Source: Rhynchopus sp. YZ270_cl-10 (lineage: Eukaryota). Taken from it: a stretch of DNA of 64,000 bases. The stretch spans positions 1 through 64,000 of the forward strand of contig OZ037840.1 of NCBI GenBank assembly GCA_964035575.1, given 5' to 3'. Positions within the stretch are counted from its first letter, which is position 1. Each line of letters starts with the position of its first letter. This document shows, piece by piece, positions 38,575 to 51,577 of the stretch. Under the pieces are notes generated by a model, which saw only the letters and a list, made by a program, of their open reading frames with translations, made no database searches and was not told the DNA's origin. Both the position numbers and the translations under genes were made by a program.

Positions 38575-39439
38575 CAGCGGTGAAAATCTTGGGCAGTAAG
38601 CCCGGGAAAACCCGGGCTTAATTAATTTTGCGCAGAGCAAGCCCGGGTTCGAAGGCCGGGTTTACCCGGGCTTAAGCCTGGGTTTTCCCCGGGTTTTAAC
38701 TTTTCTGGGGTGGGCTGCCCCACCCCACTCCGGGGGGTGTAGCCTCAGGGTGCAGCCCGGGGTAGTCAGTCACCGAAACGAAGCTCTGTTGACAGAAAAC
38801 AACAAAATCAGTAAAGAAAACACACACGTCTATACTCAAGGGTTACCCACACCCAGAGCGCGACTTAATTGGTCAAACGCCGAAGGAAAAGGAAGCATGC
38901 ATCATGGCGAAATAATAAAAGTAGCGTACCTTGCGCCTGCGGCGCAAGCTTGCAACCCACCCTTCCCATCACATAATTTGGCTGTAAAAATGTGCAAATA
39001 TAAGCTCAATTTTTTGAAATGGTGCGTACCGTGGCTTCGCTTTGGGTGCCATGACCGCCCTTTCTTTGTTATAAATGTACTGTGGCTACTGACAATTCGC
39101 GCCTGGTGCACGAATTGTTATCAATGAAGTGCTGAATTAGATAACCGAGGAATTTTCATATTCCGCCGGAGGCAACTTGAGCTGGGTTGGGGATCCGGCT
39201 CGACCGAGTTTCAGCGAAAACCCCCAAAACCTATAATATCCCCTGCGGAGGGGAAAATTATTTTTTTGGGCTGACCGAGCCAGCCCCTCGTGGGCGGAAT
39301 TCTCTTTTGAACCCTGGGTTTGCAGAAATTTTTTTACACCAGTATTTTAATTATTTTCACAAAAAAAACCAAGCCCGGGTACAAACCCGGGCTTCGAATT
39401 AATTTTGCTAGCTGGGGAAGCCCGGGATTTTCAACCCTG
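38575..39439. mobile_element. Non-autonomous hAT-like element, 865 bp, containing part of the 29261-family element
   Basis: Imperfect TIR CAG(C/G)G(G/T)TGAAAATC. 8-bp TSD GGTACGCG at 38567-38574 and 39440-39447. CCCGGG subterminal repeats. Segment 38840-39245 matches 29690-30194. Confidence 0.85.
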
Positions 39440-40806
39440 GGTACGCGGCTAAAAAAAGGGTATTTTTAGCAGTTTGTTATCTTTTTTTTATCAGTGGAAA
39501 ATGGGGGGTTTCAGCCACACCAATATAGGGATCAACAAAAATGTTCCCATCTTTCAAAACAAAAACAAAAAAAAGAAGAAAAAAAACTTGCAGCACCTTC
39601 ACAATTGAAGGCATGAGGGGAACAACAGCTTCGAAAAAACCGGTCATCACGCAGACTTTTCTGCACGCATTTTCAGTGGGTTTGATGCCTGCAACCTTTG
39701 AGGCGTCAGTATGCATCATTATTCCAACTGTTCTGCGCTGATGACTTTGCTAACAAAAATAAAAAATAATAAAAACTCCGTTCATCTTTTGTTTAGTTGG
39801 TATGCTACCCACGTCATACGCTAAAGATGTTCCAAAACCACACAGGTGCAAGTGGTTCAATATACAAACTGAGTTCAGGATTTCAATAAAAAAATTTTTT
39901 TTAAAAGAAGGGGGAACAATATGAGAACGAAAAAATAGGAGGAGATTTTTTCGCTTTTTTTTTTTTTCTACTAAAATATGTCGCGTGGTTTTGTGTGGAT
40001 CAAAACAACAAGTTAGTGGGGGGCACTGCCATCGTCGTTTCTATACCCTTGATTGAACACTTGATGTGCAAAGAAAAGAGTCGCAAGGAGGTGGAAGCAA
40101 AGATTCAGCCACCGCCTTGTACCAGAGCTGGACACATACACATATACAACCTTTGTGTGGAACACAACCCATACTGAGAAAGAAAAAAAAAGGGGGGCGT
40201 GAAACATCGACTCTTTTTAGGCGTGATCGAAGAAAAACGTCCGAAAAAATGCAAAAAAAATAGTTTAAATAGTAATCATCGAAACAACAAAATCGTTGAT
40301 TTTTTTTTTTGTTGTTGATTTTTATGACAATCGCCCACCTAGCTGGAGGGAGTATTCTGTAGTAAACTTTCTGTAAGAAATTTGTTTCATGTACTTTCAT
40401 ATCTAAGAAAAGTTTATATTATGAGCCTAAGCCTCTCTCTCTCTGCTTAGTCTGATTAGCCACCATCGAAGAAAAAGTACAAGTACGTCCTATACAGATT
40501 TGTAAAAAAAAAATTGCAAAAAAAAATTGCGAATCTTCCGGACGCCATTCACGTTGCAATCGATCAACAACCAAAATCTGAATAATCACTCTTTTTTTTT
40601 CGTCGAATCTCAGTTGTGTTGTGCTCGGGAAAATAAATTACCGATTAACCTCAAGAGGCGGTATGAATGTGTGAGTGTGGGGTCGTGTGTCCGTGAACGG
40701 CTGGTATGACCGTACACATGCATCACACTTTCTGACAACGACCACCAGCTAAAAAAAAGAAATAAAAAATTGAGATGAACGTGCCTTTCGTGCACATCTA
40801 GAAATA

Positions 40807-41378
40807 CTGGGTGATTTATAAAGTTGTTAAAATAAAATTAAATAATTATTTTACCCCCAAAAATATCCCCCAGGTAACAACCATTTAGTAACAAAATAAT
40901 TATTTTGTAAAATTAAAATAAAAATGTATCTGGCCCAGGTAACAAACCCGGAAAACTGTAAAATAAAAATTGGAAAAAAAACATCACCTCTCGCCTGACG
41001 TGTGGTGATGGTGGTGAGGGTCAAAAAAGTTCCTGGTAGAACCGTAGTTGAACCACGGGAGGGCCCTGGGTAACTGACCGCACCATAAAATCCTTTGCCT
41101 GCGGCGCCATTTTCATTTTTGCTCCGCGTTCGTTGAGTGACTCTGTAGTGTGAAAAGCTAGATTTTTACACCGTACCCTGATTTTTTTTCGCCTGCGGCG
41201 CCATTTTGTCAGAAGGTCCAGGTAACTGTTACTGTTATTTGCAAAAATAAAAAATATAAAAATCCGGAGGAAGAAAATGCCAGGTAACAAAACCGGAAAA
41301 CTGTTTGTTACTAAAAAATAAAATTCGCTTTTTTAGAGACACCCCCAGGTTACTATAACAACAATCTGAATCACCCAG
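40807..41378. mobile_element. Tc1/mariner-like MITE
   Basis: TIR CTGGGTGATT flanked by TA on both sides; internal CCAGGTAAC repeats. Confidence 0.7.
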
Positions 41379-43466
41379 TAATGGAGAAAAAAATATGAGT
41401 GACGCCAAGATGAATCTGAGCCTCGCAATACTTGACATCTAGAATCTAGAATGCCATAAATAATAAAGAAATAAAAAATCAAACTGATGTGGCTGAATGG
41501 AGGTGCACAAAGTACGCAAAGAAGTGCGAATCACCCTTCAGCCACACCATAAACTTTTTTTGTTTTGTTCAGTTTTTCCCATCCAGAAAAAGATAAGAAA
41601 ACTTTGAATACATCTCGTACATACCCTTTTGCGGGTACATAGTAAGAAGGAAAATGAAACACACAATTTAGACAAAAAAAAAATCGTATGTTTTCACAAA
41701 ATCGAATAAGAAGGAGAACCTGATTGGTACGATGACCCTGTAGCTTCAAGGGAGGCTAGTTGGCAGTCACCTTCGAAAAATAAAAATTTCCCAGACATCT
41801 ATTTTTTTATTTTTTTGACTGGCAAATTACAAACGGCACACAACAGACCAGTCAAGGGGACGACCAGAAGCACTACTATCCCAAAACAACTTGTGTTTTA
41901 CAACTAGTTTTACGATATCATGAATGTCAGGAGCATTTATGTCTAGTCTTACACCGTAGTGTAACACTACTGGTTTCGCAACTCATCGTTCTGGCCAGTA
42001 GTTTCACTAGTAGTCCCCCCTGATTAATCTGTTGTGTAGTTATTGATGCAGGCCCCCTCCGACCGACTCACGCACGATAGCCAGCCCCGGATGAAAGCAC
42101 AATAACCAAATGCACGTTGTTGATCGAGTATGTGGCATAGTTTAGGCCATCACACCGCCAACGCAATAAAAAAAGTAAAATATGGGGGGGATAAGGGGGG
42201 GGTTTGATCGCAAACAAAAAATGAAAAAAAATCGAAATGAAATCAAAAGTTGTGAAAAAAGAGAAAGTTGAAAAAGTACCAAACGCACACCGTTCATCAG
42301 CGGATGGACTGGGGGAGGGGAGGAGGGGGAGACTGAAAAATTCAAAATGAAGAAGGAAAAAAAAAAGGGGATTTGGGAATATTTTGGAGATAGGATGGGA
42401 AAGGGATCAGAAGAAAAAAAAAGGAAAAAAAGAAGAAAAAACTGCATTCCTTATTCCAAAAAGAGAAAAGTGGGGCTTCAAGAAGGGGGGTGGGGATCAA
42501 GATCAACGAAAAAAAGAACGCTTTCGTTTAGGTGATTGTACCAGGATTGTAAGTCGAAAAAAGCCAAAAAATGGGACAAACAAAACAAAACAAAAAAAAT
42601 AAAATCGGAACTGACAATGCTAGCGTTTTCCAATGAGCCGAACTCACGTCGTCTGCAAGCACAACATAACCCTACAGGCCCAACACCCAAGAAGACGTCA
42701 GAAACAGTACTCCATTATCTTTCAAAATTTTTTTCATAATGAAAGCACGGGTGTACCTCTTGGAGGCCTTCTTAATACTGATGCCTTGGGACCGTAACAT
42801 AATGTAAACGGGAGAAAATCGAATGGGTGCAAAAAAAACCCGCATTCACACACTATAAATGGGGTTGGAAAAAAAAAGGTGAAATACGATAGAAAAATTT
42901 GTTGGGATAGTGGAGTTGCCACCGCAAGCCTCCACTGTCAAATTTTGTAAGTATGGTGATACCGAAATATCGGGGGATGCAGCCTACTAACTAAAACACA
43001 CAATAAACGTAACCAAAACAAACCTCCCAGAAGGGGGGGCATATATCGCTGTATAGTCTTGTTGCTTCTTCTTAGGGAGAACATTGTGAAGTTATTAATG
43101 CAGGCACCTCGAACTGACCTACGTACGATGCCAGCCCCGGAGATGAAAGCAAAAAAAAAAAGGGAGGAGTCGGGAAAACGAAAGGTGGTTGGTCAAGGCT
43201 CAGCGAAGCTATTGCGAGACAGCTTTAGACGCCGGGTTGCCACCGTACAAGAAAGGAGACCTTAAAAAAGGGGGGAAATTTATAAGATGAACCTAAGCCT
43301 CTTGCTTAGTCATCTCAGAAATTGAGGGGTTGGGGTTTAGGCAAGATGCATACCACTTAGCCTTGAAAAACAAAAAACAGAAATCTTGAAAGATGAATGT
43401 GTTGCGAACACATAAATAGCTGATAAATCATTTAATGGGGAAAGAAAAGTTTGTAAGATAACCTTA

Positions 43467-43611
43467 CTTGGGGGCCGAATAAAGCACGTCCGTGTTTTAT
43501 TTGACTTTTTGTTGGAGTTTTTGGCAAACGGGGCATGTTTGAAAAAAAAAAAAGCAAGGTAAAAAGTCCGATACGTGCTTTATTCGAGGTACCTCGTTTA
43601 TTCGGCCCCAG
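43467..43611. mobile_element. Small TA-flanked MITE
   Basis: Imperfect TIR CT(TG)GGGGCCGAATAAA with TA flanks. It splits a copy of the dispersed AGTTTATAAGATGAACCTAAGCC motif. Confidence 0.7.
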
Positions 43612-43789
43612 TAAGCTTCTTAGCCACCTTTTAAAAAAAACAAGTAATTGCTATCGGAAAAAAAACGGGTGTGATGTGGAACTCCATCCTGTAGAAATAA
43701 TCTACAACACGCCCAGCATTCTGCTCTTCTGCAGGTATGCTAACGCTCTTCGTAAGCTCCCAGACCAACTGGGACGCCAGCATCTGAAA

Positions 43790-44030
43790 CGTTCAAGAAG
43801 GGGGGCTGTCCTCTTCGTCCAGCACCATCTGCTCGATAGCGTTGTTGGACGTCGGCTCGGCAGGCTCGGCGTGTTCCAGCTCGTTTTTGTCCACAGGCTC
43901 CCCACATTGTCGTCGTCGTTGGAGCAGTGCCGAAGGAACACAGAATGCACAGACTACAACACATCGATCACACCAGGCGCATCAGCACCTCCAGCAAATC
44001 GCCAGGATGCTACGGTGGTTTCGAAAATCG
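43790..44030 (-). pseudogene. Possible degraded gene fragment
   Basis: GC-rich island with coding-like translation (EPVDKNELEHAEPAEPTSNNAIEQMVLDEEDSPPS*), with upstream stops and an apparent frameshift. Confidence 0.3.
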
Positions 44031-44183
44031 CGCGGAGTTTTCCACAGCACACCCGTTTTTCCTTAGCAATTACTTGTCCTTGTTGTTACTGTTGTTTTCA
44101 ACCACCTTCCTTCAACCCTTGTAGGGATCAGTTGTAATTTTTTTCGCGAAAACATGAAATTATACATTTCAAGAGAACAAATT

Positions 44184-44708
44184 AAAAAGGGTCCTTATTT
44201 GCATTTTTGGGCTCCGCCCGTGCAGTGGTGGGGTCAATCTCGAAAATTGGACAATTTTTTGACTACTTAAATTTTGAGAAATATGAGCCCGGTTGCTTAT
44301 ACGTGGGGCCCATTTTCAGCTAAAATTTTCCTCAAAATCTGGTTTTGTAAAATTGACCCTTTACTCCCCCCCCACATCGATTTCAATACTATACCTTACT
44401 TCACCTACGGTTACCCTTACAGGGGGGTGAAGGAAGGTAAGTTGAAAAAGGGTCCTTATTTGCATTTTTGGGCTCCGCCCGTGCAGTGGTGGGGTCAATC
44501 TCGAAAATTGGACAATTTTTTGACTACTTAAATTTTGAGAAATATGAGCCCGGTTGCTTATACGTGGGGCCCATTTTCAGCTAAAATTTTCCTCAAAATC
44601 TGGTTTTGTAAAATTGACCCTTTACTCCCCCCCCACATCGATTTCAATACTATACCTTACTTCACCTACGGTTACCCTTACAGGGGGGTGAAGGAAGGTA
44701 AGTTGAAA
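44184..44708. repeat. Exact 261-bp tandem duplication
   Basis: Identical text at period 261 (ORFs at 44274 and 44535). Related sequence at 55262-55355 and ~35490-35600. Confidence 0.93.
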
Positions 44709-44770
44709 ACGCAATAATGGCATGATCACGTTGCTCCCCTCTCCTCGGCACACACCCCATCAGACACCTT

Positions 44771-47700
44771 TCAATAGCGCATCAATATTGTCTCTGTCGA
44801 CTGCGTGGCTGTGTCAAAGTTTCTGTTTGGGTCCGTCCTAGACCTGGAGAGGTTCAGCCGCACGGTTCTGTCTGACGGCGCAGTGAAGGAGCTGAGGGAG
44901 CCGCCAAGAGACTTGCCTGACCCTCCATAGGCAGAACGTGTGAGCTGCGAGCGTGCCAGGTTCGAGGGATCTGGTGACGAAGGACGTGCATTGACGAAGG
45001 CACCGCCCCGCCCCCCCGCGCCACGGTGGGACTGCACGGACTGTCCGAACGGTGTGTACGGCTCGACGGAGGTGCCCAGCTCTGACGTGCTCTCATCCAA
45101 CTCCTCCACCTCGACGGCCTTCCCAGCCTTCGTCTTTGCTGTTTGGATGTCGTCGAGAACGTTGTCTTGGAGATTCGTCCGCCTGCCACTCAAAAACACA
45201 AATATCTCTGTCAACAGATCAGCCGCGAGCCCAACGATCATCACCCACTGCGACACAAAGAGCAGGTCACCAGCTGCGTCAAATGACCATTTGGACCCAC
45301 CGTATGTGTAGTACCCATGCGCCATCAGGAACATCGCAGAGCAGTTCAAGCCGATGAACGCGAGGACCACCACTGCAGTGCGTGGCCGGGCACGTGGCAG
45401 GAGCATGCCTTCTGTGAAGAGCATCACTGCGAGAACCACGCCGATGGCAACGTGGATGTGCCCACACCCAGTGTAGGTGTCGGACTTCGCACTTTTGATC
45501 GCACTAATCGTGAAGTTCGCTGCCAGCTCCAACGCGAAGTACCATACATGCCCCTGCTTGTACATTCTCGTGATGCACGCAAAACGCTGCACCCACATCC
45601 TACCCGGTGTAGTGTTCACCCACTCCCCAGGGCCCAGCAGAGCAGAGGTGAGGCGTTTTCTCCCCACAGCGCGGGCGTACACAGCCTGCTCAGGGACTGC
45701 CTGCATGACGACCCGGGTGAGGGCGAAGGGGATTGCTGCGAAGAGCGTCAGTGCAACGAAGCCGGACAGCACCAAGTAGGTTTTCGACCCCGACAACACG
45801 AGCCCCATCGAGGCAAGGGTAGACCCTTGGTACATGAAGATGAAGACCACAAGGGGTGCGGAGGGGAGACGCATGTAGCCCTGCAGATCGCCAAGATTCG
45901 CAGTCATGGAAGGGAACAACGCGGCCACAGCCTTCAGTGCACCCCAGCAGAGAAGCCCTGTTGCAAGCGCAATAGAAAAGTTGGCAACAAGCGCGCCAGC
46001 GTATTCACTGCCATCAATGACAAGCCCAGTGATGTGCATGATCCAAGGCATCTTGCGAGAGCACCCGCTCGCAAGAAGCGCCAACGTCACAGCGCCTGCA
46101 GGGCTCCCTGCCGCAGCGCCCACCACGGCCATGCCGGTCACACTCTCGGACGAGGGGACCTCGACCACTTCCGTCTCGAGTGCAGCGCCGAGCTCTGGTG
46201 CATCGGTGGTGGGTGCTGTGGAGTTCGGTGCGTTTGTCTCGGGTACGGTGCTTGCAGGTGCTGTCGTGGTGGCGGTAGGCACGCCGCTTGGCTCAGCTGT
46301 CTGCGGTGTGGAAGTGTCGGAGGCAGGTGCAGGCGTAGCAGGTGCCGGTGAAGGTGGCGTCTGGGTATCCGGTACAAGGGTGTCCACGTTCGGCGAGAAC
46401 GTGACGGGTATAGGTGTATCCGGCACTCCAGTTGGCGGGGCACGTGTCGGTGGTGTCACTGAAGGTGGTGCGTCTGTCCTGGGTGGGTCGGTCAGCGGTG
46501 GTCGTGTCTGTGGTGCAGGTGTCAGAGGCGACAGTGTCAAGGGAGGCAGCGTGGACGGAGCAGGTGTCGGTGGTGACGGTGTCGGTGGTGACACTGTCAG
46601 TGGTGCGGGTGTTGGCGGTGAAGGTGTGGGTGGTGATGCTGTCGGTGGTGCTGGTGTAGGAGGTGAAGGTGTCGGTGGTGACACCGTAAGTGGCGCTGGT
46701 GTCGGCGGTGAAGGTGTCGGTGGAGACGCTGTCGGTGGTGCTGGTGTTGGTGGAGATGGTGTTGGTGGCGACACTGTGAGTGGTGCGGGTGTCGGTGGTG
46801 AAGGCGTGGGTGGTGATGCTGTGAGCGGTGCAGGTGTAGGAGGTGAAGGTGTCGGTGGTGACATCGTAGGTGGCGCTGGTGTCGGCGGTGAAGGTGTCGG
46901 TGGCGACGCTGTTGGTGGTGCTGGTGTTGGCGGTGACGGCGTTGGTGGAGCTGGCGTCGGTGGTGCAGGTGTTGGTGGCGACGGCGTTGGCGGTGACGGA
47001 GTTGGTGGTGCAGGTGTCGGCGGTGATGGTGTCGGAGGCGACGGTGTCGGTGGTGCAGGTGTAGGTGGCGATGGAGTTGGTGGTGATGGTGTTGGCGGTG
47101 CAGGTGTCGGCGGCGCAGGTGTCGGGGGCGACGGTGTTGGTGGTGCAGGCGTTGGCGGGGCAGGTGTTGGCGGGGCCGGTGTTGGTGGTGCTGGTGTCGG
47201 TGGCGCAGGTGTCGGAGGCGACGGCGTCGGTGGTGCAGGCGTTGGCGGTGCTGGGGTTGGTGGAGACGGTGTTGGTGGTGCAGGTGTCGGCGGTGCTGGT
47301 GTCGGAGGCGACGGTGTTGGCGGAGCCGGTGTTGGTGGCGCTGGTGTTGGCGGTGATGGTGTTGGCGGTGATGGCGTCGGTGGAGCTGGCGTCGGGGGCG
47401 ACGGTGTCGGTGGTGCAGGTGTCGGCGGAGCCGGTGTTGGTGGCGATGGTGTTGGCGGGGCTGGCGTCGGTGGAGCCGGTGTGGGTGGCGCAGGTGTAGG
47501 CGGTGATGGTGTTGGTGGTGCAGGCGTTGGCGGTGATGGCGTCGGTGGCGACGGTGTGGGCGGGGCTGGGGTTGGCGGCGCTGGTGTGGGCGGCGACGCT
47601 GTGACGCAGACACCCCAAGCCTCCTGCACTGTGAGCACGGATGTGGCGAACTTCACTTCATCCATGAAGTACTCACCTGCACGGGCGAAGGCAGACCCAC

Positions 47701-48286
47701 CCATGTGATACTCACCGATGGCCATGCCTCCGTAGCTCGACGTCTGCCGCATGTCCATGGTCGCGGTCTTTGTGTTGATGAGGGCTCCGTTCACATAGAA
47801 GTGGATCTCTTTCGTTGATGAGGTGTACGTCAGCAGGAGGTGGTACCACTGCCCTATCGACATCGTGAACCCTGTGCTCACTGCGAACGTCAGCGTTCTG
47901 TAAGTTAGCCTCCCGGACCCATCGGACAGGATCCAAACCCCCCAGTTGCCTCTCACGTTCCCCGGGTCCGCATCCGTTGAACCAATCGTGATAAGCCCAC
48001 GCCCCCCGAAGACCACAGGCTTGACGTACCCTGCTATCGAGAAGTCGACGTCGCCAATGGGTGCCCCTGCCGCAGACCCCAGCCGCTTGAAATTGCTTGG
48101 CGTGATGTGGTACGAAGACGTCCCGCATACCTTATCTGCGCCTGTGCCCAGCAGGATCGTGCCGCCGGCACTGTTCGAACCAACATTGTCAATCACCGTG
48201 GGTCCCTCAAGGTCGTACGAAGAATAGATACTGCCTTGTGCAAGCCACACACACAGCAGCAGAACGATACCCACCCTTCCGTGCAT
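44771..48286 (-). CDS. Surface membrane protein: signal peptide, LamG/concanavalin-like domain, (PPTP[A/S])n stalk, multi-pass TM domain; 1171 aa
   Basis: LamG-like motifs [33 protein letters not shown]. Pro-Thr repeat with synonymous codon variation. Multiple hydrophobic segments in the C-terminal region. Confidence 0.9.
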   Translation of the reverse strand: MHGRVGIVLLLCVWLAQGSIYSSYDLEGPTVIDNVGSNSAGGTILLGTGADKVCGTSSYHITPSNFKRLGSAAGAPIGDVDFSIAGYVKPVVFGGRGLITIGSTDADPGNVRGNWGVWILSDGSGRLTYRTLTFAVSTGFTMSIGQWYHLLLTYTSSTKEIHFYVNGALINTKTATMDMRQTSSYGGMAIGEYHMGGSAFARAGEYFMDEVKFATSVLTVQEAWGVCVTASPPTPAPPTPAPPTPSPPTPSPPTPAPPTPSPPTPAPPTPAPPTPAPPTPSPPTPAPPTPAPPTPSPPTPAPPTPSPPTPSPPTPAPPTPAPPTPSPPTPAPPTPAPPTPSPPTPAPPTPAPPTPSPPTPAPPTPAPPTPAPPTPAPPTPAPPTPSPPTPAPPTPAPPTPSPPTPSPPTPAPPTPSPPTPSPPTPAPPTPSPPTPSPPTPAPPTPAPPTPSPPTPAPPTASPPTPSPPTPAPPTMSPPTPSPPTPAPLTASPPTPSPPTPAPLTVSPPTPSPPTPAPPTASPPTPSPPTPAPLTVSPPTPSPPTPAPPTASPPTPSPPTPAPLTVSPPTPSPPTPAPSTLPPLTLSPLTPAPQTRPPLTDPPRTDAPPSVTPPTRAPPTGVPDTPIPVTFSPNVDTLVPDTQTPPSPAPATPAPASDTSTPQTAEPSGVPTATTTAPASTVPETNAPNSTAPTTDAPELGAALETEVVEVPSSESVTGMAVVGAAAGSPAGAVTLALLASGCSRKMPWIMHITGLVIDGSEYAGALVANFSIALATGLLCWGALKAVAALFPSMTANLGDLQGYMRLPSAPLVVFIFMYQGSTLASMGLVLSGSKTYLVLSGFVALTLFAAIPFALTRVVMQAVPEQAVYARAVGRKRLTSALLGPGEWVNTTPGRMWVQRFACITRMYKQGHVWYFALELAANFTISAIKSAKSDTYTGCGHIHVAIGVVLAVMLFTEGMLLPRARPRTAVVVLAFIGLNCSAMFLMAHGYYTYGGSKWSFDAAGDLLFVSQWVMIVGLAADLLTEIFVFLSGRRTNLQDNVLDDIQTAKTKAGKAVEVEELDESTSELGTSVEPYTPFGQSVQSHRGAGGRGGAFVNARPSSPDPSNLARSQLTRSAYGGSGKSLGGSLSSFTAPSDRTVRLNLSRSRTDPNRNFDTATQSTETILMRY

Positions 48287-51200
48287 GTTGGGGAAGAAGA
48301 GTTGGGAAGAGATATAGGGGATGAAGGGGATGAGGGACGATGAAAATAGAGTTGTGAATGGGAAGAGAGACTAGGGGAGTCGCTCTACCCAAGCTGGGAG
48401 TATTCCTGTTGGGTGTGTGTAGGGCGCAAAGGAGGATTTGAAAGAGCTCCAGCACAAGAAAGATCGCTTGAATGGCAAAAACGGGGAAGAGGACCGTGCA
48501 GGGGGGTGTGGCTTGCACACCCTGCACGGTAGGTGGGGGTACTTTATTTATGTTTATTTACGATCTTCCTGACAACAAAGGAAATGAAGTGGATGTGGCT
48601 CGTGTGCACATATCTAATGATGGTACCCCTTTGCAACGGTACGAGGACAATTTCCTTGCCGTGTTTGTTGCGTCTGGCGATAAATACAGTGCACATCTGT
48701 GGTACAGTGAGAACGACAGTCTTTGTGCCTGATTTACGCCATTTTTGCATCTTTTTTTGTCAATATTTTCTGCATTCTGCTTTCTTTCTTTTTACATCTT
48801 CTCGATGTATTGACGTGTCTTCCATGATCTGTCAGTAATTAGCGAATGCTTCCTGAGTTTAAAAAAATGTGTTATCCCCGAGAAAAAAAACACCCTCGGA
48901 CACTATCCTCGTGCATTACACTACAATATAAAAAAAAAAAAAAGGAAAAAATACATAATAAATGTAGGATATGCAGCGCGTATTGCTCACATATCAACAG
49001 AACCATGAAACGTGCCTCAGAATCAACGCGGTGCTGGCACTAAAAAAAGAGGGTGCCATACTGCGCTACTGGACAATAGAAATGATAGCCAGCACTGCCA
49101 AAGGACAGAAGCTGGAACAGGACAGGGTGGTTGGGTGGAAAGGGAAACGCCGTGCACTGCTTAAGGAAAGATACTGACCAACTGGCAACAGTATTTACAA
49201 AAATATAAAGCGCGTGCACAACAAGAAAAAACGGATGAGCGGCAGACCACTGGCAAAAGCCGGTAGCGCGCAACGTAGATCGTTACAGAGAGGGATGTGT
49301 TGGAAGACACCAACAGGGTGTACTTCCTTTTGTGAAAGACGCATGACGCCTCACGGGAACACATCTCTCTGCTAGAAGTTGGAGCTCACGTGGACTGAGC
49401 TCTTTGCTGCGGGGGGGGAAAAAAAGAAAAAAGAAAGAATGAATGAAAAGAAATGAAATGAAATGATTATGGGGTAGCTGAAGGGGGGGGGGTGATTCGC
49501 ACTTCTTTGCGCACTTTTGTGAACCACCCCAGTCAGCCACACCAGATGAACCTAAGTTTCTCATGTATAGTCACCTTGTGAACGAAAGTATTTCAACATA
49601 TGCATTCAATAAATTGATAGCATAGGAAAAGGAAGGAAAGGGGAGGTTTTTGATAAATAAATATTTTTTTTTGAATAGATAAAAGCAATAAATTACTTTT
49701 TATTTAAAACAAAAGGCACTCCGTATCCAAAACAGGGGGGCAGTCTGGGGACAAAAAGGAAAGAAAGGGAGGGGGGAAAACACCCCAAAGAATCCGGGGC
49801 TACCGTGTTTTGGTAGTTCGTGTGTGGCATTGATATACAGGTAACGTCTTCATCATGACGCAATATTTTTGCGATGAATTTCATGAGCGGAAAATGTAAC
49901 TGTTTTTTCAGTGGTTCTCAATCCAATGAGAAAGCCTACCACCTGTATTGCATCCTGCGTGACCTGTGCACACGTGTCACGCAAAATTTTGGAAAAAAAG
50001 AATGCCTCCTTTTGCAGAACAAAGAACGATACTATAACGTTGACATGATATCATGATTTTGCCTGAAATTTAGTGGAGTTTATGGTGCTATACGGGGGGG
50101 GGGCGGGTTTCACAACTTTTCATAACTTTTCACACCCACATAGTTGTGAAATATTTGTGAAATGTTGCGAAACCCCGCCCCTCCGCACCAGTTTAGTGGA
50201 TTTTGGCGGTGTTTAAACCCCCCCCTTTTAAACTCAACTAAACCCCAAAAATTTTAGGCAAAATCAGGTGGATTGACAAATATATTTCAACATAATAACC
50301 TATGCATTCAATAGATTGATAGCAAAAAGGGATCAACAAAAAAGGGGGAAAAGGAATCGTTTTTTGATGCAGACATCACCTAACTGACCCATATACGATG
50401 TCAAGCCATCCGGATGAAAGCATAAAAGTACCCTACGGCCAACGAAAGATGCCAAAAGGAAAACCTGGCCTGACAACAGTGGTGTGGCTGTGCCGAAAAA
50501 TAATGTGGTTTGAGTATTTCCATTGTCACACCAAAAAAAAAAAATAGTAGTGCTTTCAGCCACACCATGTATATTGCTCGACCAGGGCTTACCTTTGCAT
50601 CTAGTAAGGGGCAGGGACGTTTACCTCCCTGAGGACAGTACAGAATAGTCCTGCATACCCCTTCCGGCCAACGGGAGGAAATACAGACAACACACTTCAT
50701 TCCCTCCTGGTCTGAGAAAATAAAATAAAATAAAAGGATAGTTGTTGATCGCAGGCACCTCAACCTGACCCATTTACGATGTCAGACATGGATGAAAACA
50801 CAAAAAAAAAGTACGTGGACAACAACAGAAAGTGTAAAAAAAAAAGCAACCTAATGGCTTGACCGTACAGTAGTGTGAACGGGGGCGGAAAAACAACCGC
50901 TCGTCAGCCGGCGGCCCACCTTCTGCTGAAGAGTTGTGGGCGTACACTGCTTCGCTGCACCACTAACTCTTAGAAAATAGAAAACGGGAAACGAAAAAGG
51001 GGGAGGGCTTGTAAGTTGTACACTTCCACAGAAGAAATGAAAGAAAAAAGAGAAAAAAAATAGGAAAGAAAATGGAGAAATGAGACGAATAAAAAAACCG
51101 TCCTGGCACCTCGCCACCAGGTCATGGACCCAAAACTGCATCCGGGGGGTCCTTTCGTGGCAACTTCCTTCAGAAACCCTTGTGAAGGTCTTGGCCTGAG

Positions 51201-51577
51201 AGTAAAAGGTGCTGGATGGCTAACCCTGGGATACGAAGGTGGTCACACACTGTGGAGGTACACACCCGATCACTAATGAGTCAACACTACACCTAGGTGC
51301 CGGCCTATTACTCGTCTAGTAGGCAGGGGGGAAAGTACAGACACCCACCCGCAGCCAGGACACATCCCTGAGTCTCTTTGCAATGAGAATATTAACCAAA
51401 AACCCCGACAGTGTGACTCTCACTCACACCTCTGGCGGGCGCACTTCGGATGCGCCTGTAAGGCCTGTCTGATTGATCTTCCCAGCAACTAGCGAATGCT
51501 TGCCTGAGTAAAACCGCCACAAAAGACGTTCCCCAGACAGCTGCACAGCAAGTACAAAGCCGCATTTTGCGAAACAA

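Noticed and set aside
45906..47708. Gly-rich plus-strand ORF (also 53154..54482)
   Set aside because: Antisense shadow of the Pro-Thr stalk; the minus frame has a signal peptide and folded domains.
50052..50270. Possible MITE with TGATTTTGCCT inverted repeats
   Set aside because: The inverted repeat is visible, but termini and TSD could not be fixed confidently.
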